A DNA stretch of 64,000 nucleotides from an uncultured Gammaproteobacteria bacterium (GTDB lineage: Bacteria; Patescibacteriota; Microgenomatia; UBA10105; UBA927), in NCBI GenBank assembly GCA_964349125.1, contig CAYGFH010000001.1:459502-523501 (forward strand), read 5' to 3'. Positions 60,304 to 64,000 of this stretch are shown here, piece after piece. The notes under the pieces were generated by a model. It was given only the letters and a program-made list of their open reading frames with translations. It searched no databases and was not told where the DNA came from. Both the position numbers and the translations under genes were made by a program. The first letter of the stretch is position 1. The number at the start of each line of letters is the position of its first letter.

Positions 60304-61356
60304 TTATCTGGTACCTACCTGACTGATTAAACCGTATATTGGTGAAATAATCGCGAGCATCATACCTCCAACTGCAAGCCCTACAAATACCAATAAAATT
60401 GGCTCGAGAAGGGCCGTAAGTGTTTTTAATGTATTGGATACCTGATACTCAAAATAATCAGAAATATCCTGCATGGATTTATCGAGAGAACCAGTTTTTT
60501 CTCCCGCTTCCATAAGCTTAATCATGATGGATGGTATATACCCTTTGGCAGCACGAAACCCTTCAGATAATGACTTCCCTGAAAAAACCATGTCACGCGA
60601 CTGCGCAATAATCTTTGAGGTACGCTCCTTAACGACCACATCCTTCGTCAGTTCCAGTGCTTGAGTTATGGGAAGACCGGAAGATAACAGTAGATATAAA
60701 CTTCTAGAAAATCTTGTGATATCAATTTGCTCAACCAGTGTGGAGATAATTGGTAATGAAAAAAAGAAATTCAAAAATATTTTTTTTTGTTTTTTGTACA
60801 ACAAATAGAACAGGAAAAAAACTACTATAGTACCAAGAAGAACGGGTATAGTCTGTTTTAAAAGAAGATCTGAAACAAACATCATCATTCGGGTTGGAAG
60901 GGGCAACGTAATATGCATTCGTAAAAATACTGTACTTATTTTCGGAACAACAAACGTAAGTATCATCAAAAGCACTCCGGTGAAAACCACAACGATAAAC
61001 GAAGGGTACATCATTGCTGAGCGAATTTTATCGTTGAATTCAATGTCCTTTTGTACTGTTCGCTTGAGGTCCCGTAGGGTAACATCCAGTGTTCCTGCTT
61101 CTTCAGATGCTTTTATTACATTTACGGTAACTTTATCAAAAACCTGAGGGAACTTGATAAGTGTTTGATGCATATGTTTTCCTTGCATCAGATCATCATA
61201 CATAGTGTCCAATATTATCTTTTGCCCGCCCTTCATATCTTCTCTGAGAGAATTAACTACTTCCAGGATTGGAATACCGGCGGTAAGCATGGTAGATAAA
61301 CTGCCGACAAATTCCAATTTTTCACTGCTGCTGATCGTAACTTTATCTTCTCTCAT
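60304..61356 (-). CDS. pilC: type IV pilus assembly platform protein PilC (GspF family)
   Basis: Two T2SSF repeats, three TM helices, 350 aa; 4-nt overlap with upstream pilB. Confidence 0.9.
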   Translation of the reverse strand: MREDKVTISSSEKLEFVGSLSTMLTAGIPILEVVNSLREDMKGGQKIILDTMYDDLMQGKHMHQTLIKFPQVFDKVTVNVIKASEEAGTLDVTLRDLKRTVQKDIEFNDKIRSAMMYPSFIVVVFTGVLLMILTFVVPKISTVFLRMHITLPLPTRMMMFVSDLLLKQTIPVLLGTIVVFFLFYLLYKKQKKIFLNFFFSLPIISTLVEQIDITRFSRSLYLLLSSGLPITQALELTKDVVVKERTSKIIAQSRDMVFSGKSLSEGFRAAKGYIPSIMIKLMEAGEKTGSLDKSMQDISDYFEYQVSNTLKTLTALLEPILLVFVGLAVGGMMLAIISPIYGLISQVGTR

Positions 61357-63038
61357 AAATTTTCCACTTTTGTGACACGTAATACTTCTTCGATTGTGGT
61401 AAATCCTTTTTTCACTTTATCCAGACCATCATCTAACATGGTATTCATACCTTCAGCTATTGCCTGTTTATTTATTTCATCCGAATCGCTGTTGAGAGAG
61501 ATAAGCCGCTTAATTTCTTTTGATACCTCAAGTACTTCAAATACACCGAGACGTCCTAGATACCCTGTTTTGTGACAGACTTTGCATCCGGCGCCAGCAT
61601 AGAGTGAGACCGTTTCGCCAGATCCGAAGTGTGAGTCGATCATATGGGGGGCAATGTGTTTTTCCAGTTCGGCTCGCGGCATCGTAATTTGAGCTTTACA
61701 TGAATCGCATATTTTTCGAAGTAACCTTTGGGCTATAATCAGATTCACAGTTGATGCCACAAGAAACGGTTCAACCTTCATATCGCTAAGTCTTGGTATT
61801 GCGGTTGCAGCATCATTTGTATGAAGTGTTGAAAGCACCAAATGTCCTGTCAGAGCTGCGTTTACCGCGATAGCTGCGGTTTCACTATCACGGATCTCTC
61901 CGACAAATATTATATTCGGATCCTGTCTCAGGATACTTCGTAGACCGTTCGCAAAAGTCAGGTTGGTCTTCACGTTTACCTGTACCTGACTCGCACCTTT
62001 TACTCTATATTCCACCGGATCTTCAATTGTTGTGATATTTTTATCACGGGTATTTAATATTTTTAAAATTGCATATATTGACGTGGTTTTTCCGGACCCT
62101 GTCGGGCCGGTGGATAAAATCATGCCGTACGATTTACTGTATGCGTTATTCACCTTTTTCAGATCGGGTTCATTCATGCCTAAATCCGCGAGTGAATACT
62201 CCCTCGAGTTTGAAGACAGAATACGGAGCACCGCCTTTTCCCCTTCCGAAACTGGGAGGATTGAGACACGTATATCAATTTGCTCCTCTTCAAGAGCAAT
62301 CCGCATTTTGCCGTCCTGTGCGCTTAAATGTTCATCCGTTCGAAGGCTGGAGAGTACTTTTATGCGTGTCATTATCCGGTCGTGTAATGCCTTTGGAACA
62401 CGAAGTACATCATGTAGGACACCATCTATACGAAACCGTATGAGGGAGTTATTCTCTTCAGGTTCTATATGAACATCCGATGATTTATCCTGATACGCAC
62501 TATCCAGTAACACATCGACAATTTTTGCGATAGGTAAATCATCTGAAACCAGTGTCGTTGCTTTTTTAATATCTTCGCGGAGCAATTCATCTATAGTCTT
62601 CTGGAGAACTTTTTTGTAAATCTGGAGCGTATTTTCCACATCCCTCTCGGTGGCATAGTATATGATTACTTTCTGATTCGTTTTTTTGGCTACCATGTCT
62701 ACCAGATCGGTAATTTTTGGATCGATCATGGCAATCTGCACACCATCCGGTACTCTGCCAAATACAACGGTTTTATACTTTCTGGCAATTTTTTCAGGTA
62801 TTATATGGAATACCTCTTCGGGGATAGCAACCTTTGATAACACGACAAACGGAACTTTGAGATACGATGCCACTATGGCACCAATTTGATCGTCAGAAAC
62901 CACCCCTTTATCTATTAGTTCATTCACAAAAGATCCGTGTGAAGCAATAGACTGATCTCGAACCTCCTGTATACGTTCTTGCGGCGCCACAGAATGTTCG
63001 ACTAGCAATGATTGAAGCTGGTCATCGGGCAGTATCAT
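61353..63038 (-). CDS. pilB: type IV pilus assembly ATPase PilB (GspE family)
   Basis: Walker A 'GPTGSGKTTS', Asp/His boxes, tetracysteine Zn site 'CDSCK...CKVCHKTGY', N1 domain. Confidence 0.93.
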   Translation of the reverse strand: MILPDDQLQSLLVEHSVAPQERIQEVRDQSIASHGSFVNELIDKGVVSDDQIGAIVASYLKVPFVVLSKVAIPEEVFHIIPEKIARKYKTVVFGRVPDGVQIAMIDPKITDLVDMVAKKTNQKVIIYYATERDVENTLQIYKKVLQKTIDELLREDIKKATTLVSDDLPIAKIVDVLLDSAYQDKSSDVHIEPEENNSLIRFRIDGVLHDVLRVPKALHDRIMTRIKVLSSLRTDEHLSAQDGKMRIALEEEQIDIRVSILPVSEGEKAVLRILSSNSREYSLADLGMNEPDLKKVNNAYSKSYGMILSTGPTGSGKTTSIYAILKILNTRDKNITTIEDPVEYRVKGASQVQVNVKTNLTFANGLRSILRQDPNIIFVGEIRDSETAAIAVNAALTGHLVLSTLHTNDAATAIPRLSDMKVEPFLVASTVNLIIAQRLLRKICDSCKAQITMPRAELEKHIAPHMIDSHFGSGETVSLYAGAGCKVCHKTGYLGRLGVFEVLEVSKEIKRLISLNSDSDEINKQAIAEGMNTMLDDGLDKVKKGFTTIEEVLRVTKVENL

Positions 63039-63112
63039 ACCATACTCATCATAGCATCACCGGAGCACAAATTACATGATGTGAACAAGGCTTCAATGAG
63101 GATTAGTTCACA

Positions 63113-63727
63113 CTAAAACCCTACGGACTCTTTGATAAAGACCACAGTGATCCGTGCCGGGTTTACCTCTTTTGTAATGATGAGCAGTTTGCTGACGTTG
63201 CTGGCCGGCACGCCGTAAGCAGCGTGCGCCCGCTCACTTTCCAACGGCAGAACATACTGGTAAATACGATCCATAGCATCATCAAGTGTCGGGACGATTT
63301 TTTGTGCCCCTACGACAATCACCACATGTGATGATCCGTATGCGTACGCAGGCAATTGGCTTCCAGTGTTTGATGCCACAACAAGCTTTCCATCTTCTGT
63401 CACGGCATGAACGCTTCCAATGGCATACTCTGGCGCTGCACCCATTTTTTGCATCTCGCTACCCTGAGTAGTCCGATCCAGTGCATAGAGTTTGGGCTTT
63501 ACAGCGGCATACTCGCCTGATGCATTTATGGCAGGTTCTATGCCTGTCTTCTCAAGCGTTACTGATGTCATAGTCATTACTTCAGAATGTTTCGGGATCA
63601 GAGATAATGCCGCTGACTTTGCCTCAGCCACTGAACCGACAACCATTGCTGAAATGCCGTTTTCTTTCAGCGCGGCTATTGTTTTTTCTATCGCTCCATC
63701 TGTTGCGATTGTATTCCATGTCGTCAT
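63113..63727 (-). CDS. LUD-domain protein (LutC/YkgG, DUF162 family)
   Basis: 204 aa; matches LutC-like 'lactate utilisation' domain layout ('MVVGSVAEAKSAALSLIP', 'VVIVVGAQKIVPTLDDA'). Confidence 0.7.
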   Translation of the reverse strand: MTTWNTIATDGAIEKTIAALKENGISAMVVGSVAEAKSAALSLIPKHSEVMTMTSVTLEKTGIEPAINASGEYAAVKPKLYALDRTTQGSEMQKMGAAPEYAIGSVHAVTEDGKLVVASNTGSQLPAYAYGSSHVVIVVGAQKIVPTLDDAMDRIYQYVLPLESERAHAAYGVPASNVSKLLIITKEVNPARITVVFIKESVGF

Positions 63728-63771
63728 AGGTACTCCTTTTAAATAGATATATATTTTGTTATACTTGCTAT

Positions 63772-63790
63772 ATAGTAATCGTATTACTAT
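63772..63790. promoter_or_regulatory. candidate operator: 8-bp inverted repeat ATAGTAAT-cgt-ATTACTAT in divergent promoter region
   Basis: Perfect palindrome arms at 63772-63779 and 63783-63790; extra 'atagta' direct repeats at 63798 and 63811-63820, just upstream of the HxlR-type regulator start. Confidence 0.3.
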
Positions 63791-63820
63791 ATTTTGTATA
63801 GTAGTTACAAATAGTATAGT

Positions 63821-64000
63821 ATGAAACAGACAAATAAAGCGTGTGTATCAACGACCCTAAAGATTATAGGTAGGAAGTGGACTCCTCTGCTGCTTCGGGA
63901 GTTATGCGAGAGCACCAGAAGGTTTGGAGAGCTTCAACGAGCGCTCACCGGAATAAGCCCGCGAACATTGTCCCTCAGGCTGCAGCAGCTGGAAAAAGAT
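63821..64000 (+). CDS. HxlR-family winged-helix transcriptional regulator (5' part; runs off window end)
   Basis: Translation 'MKQTNKACVSTTLKIIGRKWTPLLLRELCESTRRFGELQRALTGISPRTLSLRLQQLEKD' matches the HxlR-type HTH signature. Confidence 0.8.
   Translation, partial: MKQTNKACVSTTLKIIGRKWTPLLLRELCESTRRFGELQRALTGISPRTLSLRLQQLEKD

Overview
This 64-kb window is densely coded and moderately AT-rich, with about 60 protein genes, one tRNA and no rRNA, CRISPR array or obvious transposon. The gene content suggests a small-genome, monoderm, salvage-dependent bacterium of the Candidate Phyla Radiation/Patescibacteria type. The gene-content clues are class A penicillin-binding proteins, a type IV pilus cluster, purine-salvage genes, a B12-dependent class II ribonucleotide reductase with NrdR, many membrane-anchored and proline-rich proteins, and an RRM protein. 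Housekeeping genes recognised are metG, tatD, groES-groEL, tsaD, idi, guaA, sodA, gapN-like, uppP and nrdJ/nrdR. Five regions stand out. (1) A cell-envelope glycan cluster spans 7307-12491: a processive GT2 synthase, a GT-C/PMT-like transferase, a WecA-like phosphoglycosyl transferase, and a UbiA-family enzyme with the 'RPRQWLKN' signature of decaprenyl-phosphate phosphoribosyltransferases. (2) A three-gene operon (28865-33811) encodes a membrane-anchored VirB4/HerA-superfamily ATPase with two unknown proteins, followed by a 464-aa ATP-grasp ligase and a tRNA-Ile(UAU). (3) A type IV pilus locus (55672-63038) includes a 646-aa giant minor pilin. (4) Two class A PBP genes sit in tandem, and the second has a unique two-TM lysine-rich N-terminal extension. 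(5) An SDR gene is split by a -1 frameshift in an A6 homopolymer. All calls come from reading the ORF translations for motifs and from gene context; no database search was possible.
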